Of a stretch of 53,872 nucleotides of DNA, positions 1-9,435 are shown piece by piece (position 1 is the first letter of the stretch; the number at the start of each line of letters is the position of its first letter). The notes beneath the pieces were generated by a model. It saw only the letters and a program-made list of their open reading frames with translations, made no database searches and was not told the origin of the DNA. This DNA is from an uncultured Rickettsiales bacterium (lineage in GTDB: Bacteria; Pseudomonadota; Alphaproteobacteria; Rickettsiales; SXRF01): assembly GCA_964487265.1 (NCBI GenBank), contig CAZAQK010000002.1, positions 1 to 53,872 of the forward strand. The letters are read 5' to 3'. The position numbers were made by a program, and so were the translations under genes.

Positions 1-38
1 AGCATGATGTTTTCCTGCGCTGAAAATTCCGGCAGCAG

Positions 39-3000
39 ATGATGGAACTGGTAAAGTGGTGCGTAAAGCAGCAGATGCCTGCTGTTGCGATTGCCGATCA
101 TGGCAATTTATTCGGGTCACTGGAATTTGCCATGGCGGCAGCCAAGGAAGGCGTGCAGCCAATCATGGGCTGCGTGCTGATGCTCGAGCCATACCTGAAA
201 ACCGATAGCAGGCAAATGAAGCCGCAAAAGCCGGATCAGTTGCTGGCTTATGCGCAAAATGAAACGGGCTGGCACAATCTGCTTAAGCTGGTTAGCAAGT
301 CATATCTTGCCCCTGCGCCAGGTGGCCATGCACCACTCATTAGTTATGCAGATCTGGAAGCGCATTCCGAAGGTCTGATTATACTCTCAGGGGGTATATA
401 TGGGGGTATAGGTAAAGCATTGCTGGCGGGTAACAAGAAGATTGCAGAAGAGCTAACGCAGACATTATCCAGCTGGTTTGAGAAACGGTTTTATATTGAG
501 CTTTCACGGCACGGGATGCATGAGGAAAATCAGACTGAGAAACCCTGTATTGATCTTGCATACCAATATAACATTCCGCTGGTCGCCACCAATGATGCCT
601 ATTTTGTCGAAGAAGAAATGTATGAAGCGCATGATGCATTTCTCTGCATTGCCGATGGCACATATGTAACAGAAGCTGACCGACGCAGGCTTACACCGGA
701 GCATCGCCTGAAAACAGCCGAGGAAATGCAGGAGCTCTTTGCGGATATTCCGGAAGCCTTGCAGAGCACGGTGAATATAGCAAAACGCTGTTCTTTTATG
801 GCAGCATATCGTTCGCCAATGCTTCCTAAATTTGCAAAGGATGGCTTAAGTGAGGATGATGAACTACGCAGACAGGCTGTAGAGGGGTTGCACTTACGCC
901 TGCGCGAGCATGTTTTTACTGCTGCCATGAGCGATGCTGAAAAAGAGGAAATGGCAAAACCATATTGGGAACGGCTGGAATTCGAGTTGCAGACCATCAT
1001 CAACATGAAATTTCCGGGTTACTTCCTGATCGTATCCGATTTCATTAAATGGAGTAAGCAGCACGATATTCCAGTTGGCCCGGGCCGTGGTTCGGGTGCG
1101 GGTTCGGTTGTGGCATGGGTGCTGATGATCACAGATTTAAACCCTCTCCGATATGGCCTGCTGTTTGAACGTTTCCTAAACCCCCAGAGGGTATCCATGC
1201 CGGATTTCGACGTGGATTTCTGTCAGGACCGCCGTGAAGAAGTTATTCGCTATGTGCAGCAGAAATACGGGAATGACCATGTGGCGCAGATCATCACGTT
1301 CGGTAAATTGCAGGCACGCGCTGTGCTGCGTGATGTGGGGCGAGTCCTGCAAATGCCTTACGGTCAGGTGGATCGCATCTGCAAGTTGGTGCCGAATAAT
1401 CCAGCCAATCCTGTAACGCTCGCCGATGCAATTAAAATAGAGCCGATGCTCAAGGCCGCCATCAAGGAAGATGAATCGGTTGAAAAGCTGGTGGATATGA
1501 GCCTTAAACTTGAGGGCTTAAATCGCCATGCCTCTACTCACGCAGCTGGCGTGGTCATTGCTGACCGTCCACTGGAGCAGCTGGTGCCGATGTATCGTGA
1601 CCCGAAATCGGATATGCCGGTGGTACAGTATTCCATGAAATATGCGGAAAGTGCAGGACTTGTGAAGTTCGACTTCCTTGGCCTCAAGACACTCACGGTG
1701 CTTTCGCGTACGGTGAAATTGCTGGGGCAGCGCGGCATACAGATCGATCTTTCTAAATTGCCGGAGGGAGATAAACCTGCCTACGCCATGCTTTCCAAAG
1801 GTGATACGGTTGGTGTGTTCCAGCTTGAAAGTGCTGGCATGCGCGACACGCTGAAGAAGCTGAAACCTGACTGTCTGGAAGATATCATCGCGCTGGTATC
1901 GCTCTATCGTCCGGGCCCGATGGATAACATCCCAACTTATATTGCCCGCAAACACGGTGATGAAAAACCGGAATATCTGCACCCCATGCTGGAGCAGGTG
2001 CTGAAGGAAACTTTCGGCGTTATTATTTACCAGGAGCAGGTGATGCAGATAGCCCAGCTCATGGCGGGCTACAGCCTTGGAGAGGCAGATCTGCTGCGCC
2101 GTGCAATGGGTAAAAAAATCCGTGAGGAGATGGAAGCGCAGCGCGGTATATTTGTTGAAAAATCTGTGGAGCGCGGCGTCAACAAAAAGCAGGCGGCCAG
2201 CATCTTTGACCTCATCGCCAAATTTGCGGAGTATGGTTTCAATAAATCGCACGCGGCGGCATATGCCGTGATCGCCTACCAAACAGCTTATCTGAAAGCA
2301 AATTATCCGGTGGAATTCATCGCGGCATCGATGACCTATGATATGCACAACACCGATAAGCTTGGCATTTTCCGTGAGGATGCCGTGCATATGGGCGTTG
2401 CGCTGCGTGTGCCGGATATCAACCAATCGGAAGTGCTTTTTTCTGTGGAAGAGGGAACCGTGCGCTACGCTCTGGCGGCTATCCGCAACGTGGGTGCGCA
2501 GGCAATGGAAGGGGTGGTTGCCGAGCGCAAAGCAAATGGTGCCTTCAAGGATGTGTTTGATTTTGTATCGCGCATTCCGGCGGAGGCACTGAATAAACGC
2601 GCGCTGGAGTATCTTATCAAGGCGGGGGCATTTGATGCGCTGCACGAAAACCGCAGGGAGCTGTTTGATAATCTTGAGCTTATCATGGCGTATGGCGTGG
2701 CCTCGCACCGTGACCGCGAAAGCCAGCAGGTGAGCCTGTTTGCCGGTGCAGCAAGCAATGTAATTTCCAAGCCATCATTGCAGCCGGTGCAGGACTGGAC
2801 AACACTGGAGCGGCTTGAGCATGAGTTTTCCGCCATAGGTTTTTATCTCTCGGCACACCCACTGGCGGGGTATAAACTGCAGCTTGACCAGTTGCGCGTT
2901 ATGAGTTCTTCAGCACTTGCTGAAAAGCTGGGTGCACAATATGCTCCAGTACGGATCGCAGGTATTGTAACCGGCAAAAAATTCAAAGTGTCGGACAAAG

Positions 3001-3446
3001 GGCGATTTGCTTTTTTACAACTCTCGGATATGGGGGGCGTGTTTGAGGTGTCCCTGTTCAATGAAACGCTCATTAACCAGAACCGTGACCTGCTGGAAAA
3101 CGGCAAGATTCTCCTTATTAATGCCGACGGTAAAGCGGATGAAGGCGGAGTGCGGCTGATCGCAACCCAAATGGCCCTGCTGGAAGATGCCTGGGCAAAG
3201 CGGCCCAAAACGGCAAGGGGTGCTACAACACTGCATATTATTGTAAACCAGCCCGCAGTACTCACGCCTATTCGTGAACTACTGGGGGATCCCAGGCAAG
3301 GTGGTGCCAGTGTAACCCTGTCTGCTCAGGTGGATAACCAAACAGCTGAGATTAAACTGCCTGAAAAGTATGAGATATCACCGGCACTTCTTGATAAAAT
3401 CCGTGTGCTTAAAGGCGTGCTTTCTGCCGAAGAAATAGCTGCTTAG
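39..3446 (+). CDS. dnaE: DNA polymerase III alpha subunit (DnaE). The N-terminal ~20 aa of the PHP domain are not in this ORF.
   Basis: 1135-aa ORF colinear with DnaE. PHP region: MPAVAIADHGNLFGSLEF. Polymerase core: FPGYFLIVSDFIKW, GPGRGSGAGSVVAW, MPDFDVDF. The C-terminus is OB-fold-like. A frame-1 ORF from the window edge stops at TGA 40-42, overlapping ATG 39-41. Confidence 0.93.
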   Translation: MMELVKWCVKQQMPAVAIADHGNLFGSLEFAMAAAKEGVQPIMGCVLMLEPYLKTDSRQMKPQKPDQLLAYAQNETGWHNLLKLVSKSYLAPAPGGHAPLISYADLEAHSEGLIILSGGIYGGIGKALLAGNKKIAEELTQTLSSWFEKRFYIELSRHGMHEENQTEKPCIDLAYQYNIPLVATNDAYFVEEEMYEAHDAFLCIADGTYVTEADRRRLTPEHRLKTAEEMQELFADIPEALQSTVNIAKRCSFMAAYRSPMLPKFAKDGLSEDDELRRQAVEGLHLRLREHVFTAAMSDAEKEEMAKPYWERLEFELQTIINMKFPGYFLIVSDFIKWSKQHDIPVGPGRGSGAGSVVAWVLMITDLNPLRYGLLFERFLNPQRVSMPDFDVDFCQDRREEVIRYVQQKYGNDHVAQIITFGKLQARAVLRDVGRVLQMPYGQVDRICKLVPNNPANPVTLADAIKIEPMLKAAIKEDESVEKLVDMSLKLEGLNRHASTHAAGVVIADRPLEQLVPMYRDPKSDMPVVQYSMKYAESAGLVKFDFLGLKTLTVLSRTVKLLGQRGIQIDLSKLPEGDKPAYAMLSKGDTVGVFQLESAGMRDTLKKLKPDCLEDIIALVSLYRPGPMDNIPTYIARKHGDEKPEYLHPMLEQVLKETFGVIIYQEQVMQIAQLMAGYSLGEADLLRRAMGKKIREEMEAQRGIFVEKSVERGVNKKQAASIFDLIAKFAEYGFNKSHAAAYAVIAYQTAYLKANYPVEFIAASMTYDMHNTDKLGIFREDAVHMGVALRVPDINQSEVLFSVEEGTVRYALAAIRNVGAQAMEGVVAERKANGAFKDVFDFVSRIPAEALNKRALEYLIKAGAFDALHENRRELFDNLELIMAYGVASHRDRESQQVSLFAGAASNVISKPSLQPVQDWTTLERLEHEFSAIGFYLSAHPLAGYKLQLDQLRVMSSSALAEKLGAQYAPVRIAGIVTGKKFKVSDKGRFAFLQLSDMGGVFEVSLFNETLINQNRDLLENGKILLINADGKADEGGVRLIATQMALLEDAWAKRPKTARGATTLHIIVNQPAVLTPIRELLGDPRQGGASVTLSAQVDNQTAEIKLPEKYEISPALLDKIRVLKGVLSAEEIAA

Positions 3447-3527
3447 GTCCTTGCCTTTAACCCTTTATTTGTATTTAACTGATACTAGTTTGCTTAAGGT
3501 GTTCAACTCAGGAAGCCATACCCCGTC

Positions 3528-4397
3528 ATGCTGCCGCTTATTGGCTTAGTTATTGTATTCGTAATGATTTTCGGCACGTATATTCATGCGGGCGGGAAAA
3601 TCGAAATTATTCTTGTAGCACTTCCGCACGAGCTTCCGATGATTCTGGGAGCGGCTGTCGGCGCGTATATGGTCGGTAATAAAGGCGTGGTTGCTAAAAA
3701 AACATTTAAGGAGATTATCAAGGTCTTCAAGGGATCAAAATGGAAAAAACAGGATTACAGGGATGTGCTGTGCCTGCTGTTCCAGCTTTGCAAACTGATG
3801 AAAGCCAAAGGCCTGATAGCGGTGGAATCGCATATTGAAAAGCCAGCTGAGAGCAACATATTTTCACAGTATCCTAAAATCCTTAGCGACCACTTTGCGG
3901 TGGATCTCATCTGCGATACGCTGCGCACGCTGACGATGGGGATGGAAGACCCGCACCAGATCGAAGATACTATTGAGAAGCAGATAGAAAAACACCATCA
4001 CGAAGCGGCGGGCCCAGGTCATGCCCTGCAGGGTATGGCGGATGCGCTGCCTGCCATTGGTATCGTGGCAGCAGTACTGGGCGTAATCAAAACCATGGCG
4101 AGCATCAACGAGCCGCCGGAAATTCTTGGTAAAATGATCGGTGGTGCGCTGGTGGGTACATTCCTTGGAGTATTCCTGGCGTATTGCCTTGTTGGGCCGT
4201 TTGCCGCAAAAAATCAGGCCCTTCATAATGAAGAGCAGCAGTTTTATTTCATTATCCGCGATGTATTGGTCGCTCATATCAAAGGAATGGCTCCGCAGAT
4301 ATCCATGGAAATGGGGCGTGTAAACGTACCTGGCTACTACCAGCCAACCTTTGCTGAGATGGAAGAAGCCACCAGTAATCTCAAGGCTGAAGCATAA
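3528..4397 (+). CDS. motA: Flagellar motor stator protein MotA (MotA/TolQ/ExbB proton channel family)
   Basis: 289 aa. Two N-terminal TM segments, a large cytoplasmic loop, then ALPAIGIVAAVLGVIKTM and GGALVGTFLGVFLAY, typical of MotA TM3/TM4. No motB is adjacent. Confidence 0.85.
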   Translation: MLPLIGLVIVFVMIFGTYIHAGGKIEIILVALPHELPMILGAAVGAYMVGNKGVVAKKTFKEIIKVFKGSKWKKQDYRDVLCLLFQLCKLMKAKGLIAVESHIEKPAESNIFSQYPKILSDHFAVDLICDTLRTLTMGMEDPHQIEDTIEKQIEKHHHEAAGPGHALQGMADALPAIGIVAAVLGVIKTMASINEPPEILGKMIGGALVGTFLGVFLAYCLVGPFAAKNQALHNEEQQFYFIIRDVLVAHIKGMAPQISMEMGRVNVPGYYQPTFAEMEEATSNLKAEA

Positions 4398-4668
4398 TTT
4401 CCTATTTCCTTAGCTATAGTTTTCTTTGCACCTTCATAAAAGGTGTATGACCGGTCATACGGTTGCTTCCTACTCACGAGTTAGGCGCGGAAGCGGCACC
4501 CGCACACTTTGGCTGTGCGAAACATGCCAAGCAGTATTCATAAAAGCCGGCGATATACAGGATGAGGCCCCTGGCTGTCCTTTGCTGCATTAGCTCGCCG
4601 TACAGTCAATCGATTGGAGAATCAGGATCACACACGTGCGGATGTCACGGAAGGGGGAAATTTTAATT

Positions 4669-4751
4669 TGTCATCCTGAGCGGGCGAATGCGAGTCGAAG
4701 GATCTTAAAGATTCTTCGACTTCGGCCTTGCGGCCTTCGTTCAGAATGACA
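4669..4751 (+). repeat. Palindromic MITE-like element, family A, copy 1 (83 bp)
   Basis: TGTCATCCTGAGCG...CGTTCAGAATGACA. About 90% identical to 23255-23340 and to the reverse complement of 26410-26493. Lies in the motA / lipoprotein convergent spacer. Confidence 0.9.
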
Positions 4752-4856
4752 ATGGTTTAGGGAGAAAGCTGAAACTATGAACCAACTCTCAGATGCGAGG
4801 AAGTTGGAAACAATGATATATCAGGCAATACTTCGCATTGCCTTTATCCTCAACAT

Positions 4857-5039
4857 TTAAAAATTATGGGTGCTGAAGATGGTGCGCGTATAAGGGTCCA
4901 CCGCCAACACGCCTGACGTGTTATAGGCCTGTGTAACGGCATCGTATTCCTTACCGGCAACGGGGGCACATGCTTGCAGCGATACCAGGGCAACACACGC
5001 AAGCAGGGCTTTAGTGATGGTGCGAGTAGTAACGGTCAT
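4857..5039 (-). CDS. Small putative lipoprotein (60 aa from the internal ATG)
   Basis: MTVTTRTITKALLACVALVSLQAC has an n-region, an h-region and a lipobox (LQAC). The track ORF extends to 5078, but I prefer the Met that starts the signal peptide. Confidence 0.45.
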   Translation of the reverse strand: MTVTTRTITKALLACVALVSLQACAPVAGKEYDAVTQAYNTSGVLAVDPYTRTIFSTHNF

Positions 5040-5267
5040 AAGGCATACCTTCCAGAGTTTTTCTGCTATTATACCCATGCGGGGTATATAAGTTTTTACA
5101 TGGGTTTTAATAACACCGCCCTGATAACGTGTGAAACAGATGTATCAAATTGCTATTTTGATAAGAGAGCCATGCAATTTTTGCATGAAGCTTGAGCTGG
5201 ACAAGGGCATAATATGTATGTAATAGTTAAATTCTGGCCCTGAGCCTATATACCATATAGGGGTATA

Positions 5268-6548
5268 TTACAGATTTAGCAGGCTTTCTGGCCTAATGCC
5301 CAGTGTGTTCAGGATGCCACGTGCTTTATCAAATGTTTCCTGCATTTCGCCTTCCGGCGTCGAATCGGCCACGATGCCGCCGCCGACCTGAAATTCAAAA
5401 CGCCGGCCATCGGTGATGATGGTGCGTATCACTACCGAGAATTCACAACTGCCTTCGCCACCAAAAAAGCCGATGGCACCGGAATAAACGCCGCGTGCCA
5501 TGCCTTCCAGCGTGGTGCAATATTCCATAGCACGGATCTTGGGTGCGCCGGTCATGGAGCCGGGGGGGAAGCATGCCTGCACGGTTTCAAGGGCTGTATG
5601 GCCAGATCGTATCTGGCCGGAAACCGTGCTGGCCATATGGTGCACATTGCTTAGCGAAGTGATGGCAAACATATCGCGCACTTCGATGCTGCCGGGCTGA
5701 CAGGTGCGCGACAGGTCATTGCGCATCAGGTCGGTTATCATCAGGTTTTCTGCCTTATCCTTGTCGCTTTTCGCAAGGGACTGGTAAGATGCTTTATCGG
5801 CAGCGGTGTCGTCGCTGCGTGGTGATGTGCCTTTGATGGGGCGTGCTTCTGCCCTGCCATCCGCAATCCTCAGGAATAGTTCAGGGCTGGAGGAGCAGAT
5901 CGCAACATTACCCAGCCGGATATAGGCACTGTATGGGGCAGGGCTTGCCGCGCAAAGTGCCTGGAATAGTGACAGGCTTTCGGCAGGTGCTGTAAATTCG
6001 CCGTGGAATTTGCGCGTGAGGTTTGCCTGATATAGATCACCGTCGTGAATGCTGGCAATGATGCGGCGAACTTTTTCCTGATATTCATCATTGCTCATGT
6101 TCGATGCGAAATGCTGCACGGCAGGCAGGCTTTCTGATACGACGGATGCGTGGAATTGCATGGGCTCACCTGATTCAGACCAGCCTTCCACCGTGTGCTG
6201 CTCATGATCAAAGCGCAGTATGGTGCCAAAGCGCATCATGGTCATATCCGGCAGGTTGATGATGCTGGGTGAGGCATCTGCCGAGAGGGTTTCCATGCCA
6301 TGCCTGAGCCCATAGCCCAGATAACCGAACCATGCATTTTCATACCACGGCAGATCCTGCGTCAGCTTTGCGGCCAGTGCGGCAAGATCATTACCCTGCA
6401 CCATTTCCTTCAGGCCGTAAGCCAGGTAGCTGAAACGGCCGGAATAGGATGTCTGCATGCCGGAGTGCAGCAGGACGCAATGCGTATCTTTTACAGATGC
6501 GGCGGCCTGCAGGGGGGCTATCCACGGTATCGGTTGTAATGGCTTCAT
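5268..6548 (-). CDS. pabB: Aminodeoxychorismate synthase component I (chorismate-binding enzyme, PabB-like)
   Basis: Chorismate-binding C-terminal signature: PIKGTSPR, ENLMITDLMRNDL, PPGSMTGAPKIRAME, GVYSGAIGFF, GGGIVADS. Context includes pabC, folK, folP and folC. Confidence 0.8.
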   Translation of the reverse strand: MKPLQPIPWIAPLQAAASVKDTHCVLLHSGMQTSYSGRFSYLAYGLKEMVQGNDLAALAAKLTQDLPWYENAWFGYLGYGLRHGMETLSADASPSIINLPDMTMMRFGTILRFDHEQHTVEGWSESGEPMQFHASVVSESLPAVQHFASNMSNDEYQEKVRRIIASIHDGDLYQANLTRKFHGEFTAPAESLSLFQALCAASPAPYSAYIRLGNVAICSSSPELFLRIADGRAEARPIKGTSPRSDDTAADKASYQSLAKSDKDKAENLMITDLMRNDLSRTCQPGSIEVRDMFAITSLSNVHHMASTVSGQIRSGHTALETVQACFPPGSMTGAPKIRAMEYCTTLEGMARGVYSGAIGFFGGEGSCEFSVVIRTIITDGRRFEFQVGGGIVADSTPEGEMQETFDKARGILNTLGIRPESLLNL

Positions 6549-6568
6549 GAGGGCGTATAGTAGACTGT

Positions 6569-6787
6569 ATGAATATAAGAATCCATATGCTACGCGCGCG
6601 GCTGCTTTATCAGCGTGCCATGGCCCGAATCAGGCGGCGCAAGTTCAAGCCGGTGAGCACGCTGGATGCCGATGTGCTGAGACAGGCAGTAGAGGAAGCG
6701 CGGATGCTGAGAAGCCGTTACGCGGTGGATGTGCAGCCGTTGGCGCAGGGCGAAAAACCTGACGTGCCTAAACGCGTTGAGGATTAG
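6569..6787 (+). CDS. Hypothetical small basic protein (72 aa)
   Basis: The only ORF filling the 245-bp gap between two minus-strand genes. No clear SD and no recognisable motif. Confidence 0.25.
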   Translation: MNIRIHMLRARLLYQRAMARIRRRKFKPVSTLDADVLRQAVEEARMLRSRYAVDVQPLAQGEKPDVPKRVED

Positions 6788-6793
6788 CAGTTA

Positions 6794-8458
6794 TTATTTA
6801 ACCTGCCAGCCAGCCGGCGGCAGGCTGTTTGCCGGTGCATCCAGTACCTGGCCAATGCGGTCATTGTAAATGGTCATGATATCAGCGATCGGCCGGCCGC
6901 TGATGAGAATATTTCCATCTGGCTTAGTGGAAATAGTATAGAGATAATGGCCTTTCTTCTTGTCTTCCGGCGTGCTGCTGGAAATGGCATCGAAGAATCC
7001 TTTGACCCCTTCAATCAGCGCAGGGCTGATGAATACCGGCGGAGCTTCAGCCGAGAATGACTGGATAACACCGACCACACGGCCTGCGTAACCTAACAAA
7101 TCGCCTATCAGCTGCATGCAGTTCGTGCAGGTGAGTGTCGCATCGGTTTTCGGGATCAGGCTTTCAGCGGTTGCAGCTACTGTGCCATAGCCGGTGATGC
7201 CGTACGGTGTCATGCTGATCGTGATGTTCTTCAGGTTGTAATTGCCGGATGTGAAGCCCGGTGCACCTGCATAGGTGGCATCCAGCGCAATAATTTGCGT
7301 GCCCAGCGGTGATAGCTGGGGAATGGCTGGTTCAACGACACGAAACACATCATCCGGCGAGCGCGTCTGCAGGATTGCGCTGAGTTGCGGGAATTCAGGG
7401 GTTTTGCTGGTTGCCGCGCTGTGAATAAAATTGCGCACGGCTTCCTTCACCAGCATGTCATACGCTTCGGTGTAGGATGATTCAAAACGTGTATTGACCA
7501 AAGCGGTGCGGTTATTATCCGATACATTGTTGGCCAGGTGGAAGGTTCCTTTGGAGCTATAGACATCATTACTCAGGTTGAATTCAGTGAGGTTGATATC
7601 CATGTTCTGGAGCTCGGTTTTTGTCATGTCCGTAGAGCCGCTGTAGGACAGGTCAAACGCGAGATTCTGCTTGCCGTATACGGAAAACAGGGCGGGGAAT
7701 GAATTTGTGGGCGCAAGGGCTGTGATGTAAGATGCCAGTACCTTATCGCCTTCCGAGGTTACTTCCATGTCAGCCATTTTGACATGCAGGCGAATGTTTG
7801 CCTGCGCGCCAGATGCCTGATTCTTGAAATAGAACCTGGCAGGGCCGTTGGTGAGGAGTGATGCGCTATCGGACTGGCGTACATATTGGCTGGCAGGCAG
7901 GTTGCAATCCACTTCGCGGATCTCTGCAATTGAGTCAGCAGCGTCGCCAGCAGTGAAATCATAGCTCCAGAAATTGCTGAACAGGGTGCTGCGGGCAAGG
8001 CTAAGCGAGCATTGGTTTTCGCCAGACATGCGGCTTATGACCATATCCATCGGCTTACCGGCAACATTATTGGAGATTACCCACTCACCAGCGGTAGTGA
8101 ATACATAATGATCAGACAGTGCGTTCACCGAAACCGATATGGTGCCGGTCAGTTTGGCATCCATGTTCCATTCCGGCATAGGCTGCATAGGAGGTGTACC
8201 GGGTGTTTGTTCGCCCTGCAAAGCCGTATCCATACGGCCGGAAAAGCGCGGATTGGTGAAGGTGACGATCATATGGGTCGGAAAGCCTGAAACCTCGATG
8301 CCATCATGCGTCATCTGCATCGGTTCTTTGGAGATCTGGGCAATGTGCTGCTCGATGCTGCTTTTCACATGGGCGGATTGCACGAACCAGCCAACGCTGA
8401 GCACCGCCGTTATGACGACAAGGAAACTAATGATTCCAACCAATAACGCCTTACGCAT
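6794..8458 (-). CDS. Membrane-anchored periplasmic protein of unknown function, possibly DUF2125-like
   Basis: 554 aa. N-terminal anchor MRKALLVGIISFLVVITAVLSVGW, followed by DGIEVSGFPTHMIVTFTNPRF, which resembles the GFP motif of alphaproteobacterial DUF2125 proteins. The family call is from memory only. Confidence 0.6.
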   Translation of the reverse strand: MRKALLVGIISFLVVITAVLSVGWFVQSAHVKSSIEQHIAQISKEPMQMTHDGIEVSGFPTHMIVTFTNPRFSGRMDTALQGEQTPGTPPMQPMPEWNMDAKLTGTISVSVNALSDHYVFTTAGEWVISNNVAGKPMDMVISRMSGENQCSLSLARSTLFSNFWSYDFTAGDAADSIAEIREVDCNLPASQYVRQSDSASLLTNGPARFYFKNQASGAQANIRLHVKMADMEVTSEGDKVLASYITALAPTNSFPALFSVYGKQNLAFDLSYSGSTDMTKTELQNMDINLTEFNLSNDVYSSKGTFHLANNVSDNNRTALVNTRFESSYTEAYDMLVKEAVRNFIHSAATSKTPEFPQLSAILQTRSPDDVFRVVEPAIPQLSPLGTQIIALDATYAGAPGFTSGNYNLKNITISMTPYGITGYGTVAATAESLIPKTDATLTCTNCMQLIGDLLGYAGRVVGVIQSFSAEAPPVFISPALIEGVKGFFDAISSSTPEDKKKGHYLYTISTKPDGNILISGRPIADIMTIYNDRIGQVLDAPANSLPPAGWQVK

Positions 8459-8518
8459 GGATACCTCTTGATCTTGCTCGGGCGAGCATAGGAGTTTGGG
8501 AAGTGTTACTCAAGCATT

Positions 8519-9367
8519 TTACCAGTGCGATCTATGTGCTGCCACGTGAAGCTGCATATCATCATGAATATGCTGGTTCAGCATCCGCGCCATATCCGCG
8601 CTGTTCCATGTGTTCTGCAATGGTTGCAGAGAGCTTACATCCAGTGCCAGCCATGCGCTGTTGGTGATGCAGACGGCGTCGGCACCAGCGAGGGCATCCA
8701 TGTCGGCGTGGGTTTCATGGATGGTGTGCGGATAGAGCGAAAGAATGGCGGCGCGCATGGAGCCATCCAGCACGCCAGCATCAAGCGCGGGGGTATATAG
8801 CGTGTTGCCCTTCATCCAGAAAATATTGGATGAGCTGCATTCTGCGATGATGCCGCTGGTATTCAGCTGCAGTGCTTCAAAGCAGCCATGTTCGCGGGCT
8901 TCCATGCGGGCGAGGGTGGAATTCATGCCCTGTGCAAGCTTGGCGGAAACCGGCAGGCAGGCGGCAGGTATGCGGCGGTAGCTGGAAAGGAAAAGACTTA
9001 TTGGTTCCGCAGGTGCTGGTGTGAGCGGCAGGGTTTCTATCAGGCAGGTTGGGGTGCCATCCGCCGGCAGGTAGCCACTACCGGAACTGCCACGGGTTAT
9101 CTGTATACGCAGGAGGCCTTCGCTGCATTGGTTGCGTTTTAGGAGATTTGCGCATTCTGCTTGCAGGCCATTTACATCAAAGGGGATGTGAGTGGCTTTA
9201 AGCCCCGCTATGAGCCGCTCCATGTGCCATTCAAAACGGTAAGGTACGCCTTGATGCACGCGGATGGTTTCGAACACGCCGTCACCAAAGCGGAAGCCGC
9301 GGTCAGTGACGGGTATAAGGGCTTCGTGCGAGGGAATCAGCGTATGGTTCAAATAGGCATATTGCAT
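8519..9367 (-). CDS. pabC: Aminodeoxychorismate lyase / fold-type IV aminotransferase (PabC-like)
   Basis: 282 aa. The N-terminal DRGFRFGDGVFETIRV motif is typical of class IV PLP enzymes. Context is next to pabB and divergent from folKPC. Confidence 0.72.
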   Translation of the reverse strand: MQYAYLNHTLIPSHEALIPVTDRGFRFGDGVFETIRVHQGVPYRFEWHMERLIAGLKATHIPFDVNGLQAECANLLKRNQCSEGLLRIQITRGSSGSGYLPADGTPTCLIETLPLTPAPAEPISLFLSSYRRIPAACLPVSAKLAQGMNSTLARMEAREHGCFEALQLNTSGIIAECSSSNIFWMKGNTLYTPALDAGVLDGSMRAAILSLYPHTIHETHADMDALAGADAVCITNSAWLALDVSSLQPLQNTWNSADMARMLNQHIHDDMQLHVAAHRSHW

Positions 9368-9435
9368 AGGTTTGCGCTTGTTTTACGGGCTATAGAGGCT
9401 AGATTACAGGCTTTAATGAAGGGCACAACCGGTTT

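Noticed and set aside
21-23. The in-frame TGA upstream of the dnaE ORF might be read as Trp or Sec (an alternative genetic code).
   Set aside because: TGA clearly terminates well-supported genes here: folP at 10745-10747, comEC at 19261-19263 and xseB. I saw no SECIS-like context. A frameshift or split-gene explanation fits the alignment spacing better.
1518-2708. A very long antisense ORF (396 aa) opposite dnaE. Similar antisense ORFs lie opposite hppA (31504-32487), pntB (35530-36411), gltX (16240-16848), pntAA (37127-37762), rsmB (28031-28684) and aas (43151-43756).
   Set aside because: In every case the opposite strand encodes a protein with unmistakable family motifs. The antisense translations are low-complexity (His/Arg/Cys-rich) with no recognisable domains or start signals. 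Such shadow ORFs are expected from codon bias.
4483-4500. SRP (4.5S) RNA-like motif AGGCGCGGAAGCGGCACC with a GGAA tetraloop.
   Set aside because: The conserved domain IV sequence (AGGUCCGGAAGGAAGCAGC) and the long 5'/3' pairing of 4.5S RNA are absent, and the flanks do not form the required hairpin.
6457-6762. A 101-aa ORF overlapping the pabB start and the 72-aa ORF.
   Set aside because: It overlaps the well-supported pabB 5' end on the opposite strand, and its translation is Ala/Arg/Cys-rich with no signals. The 72-aa ORF (6569-6787) is kept only at low confidence.
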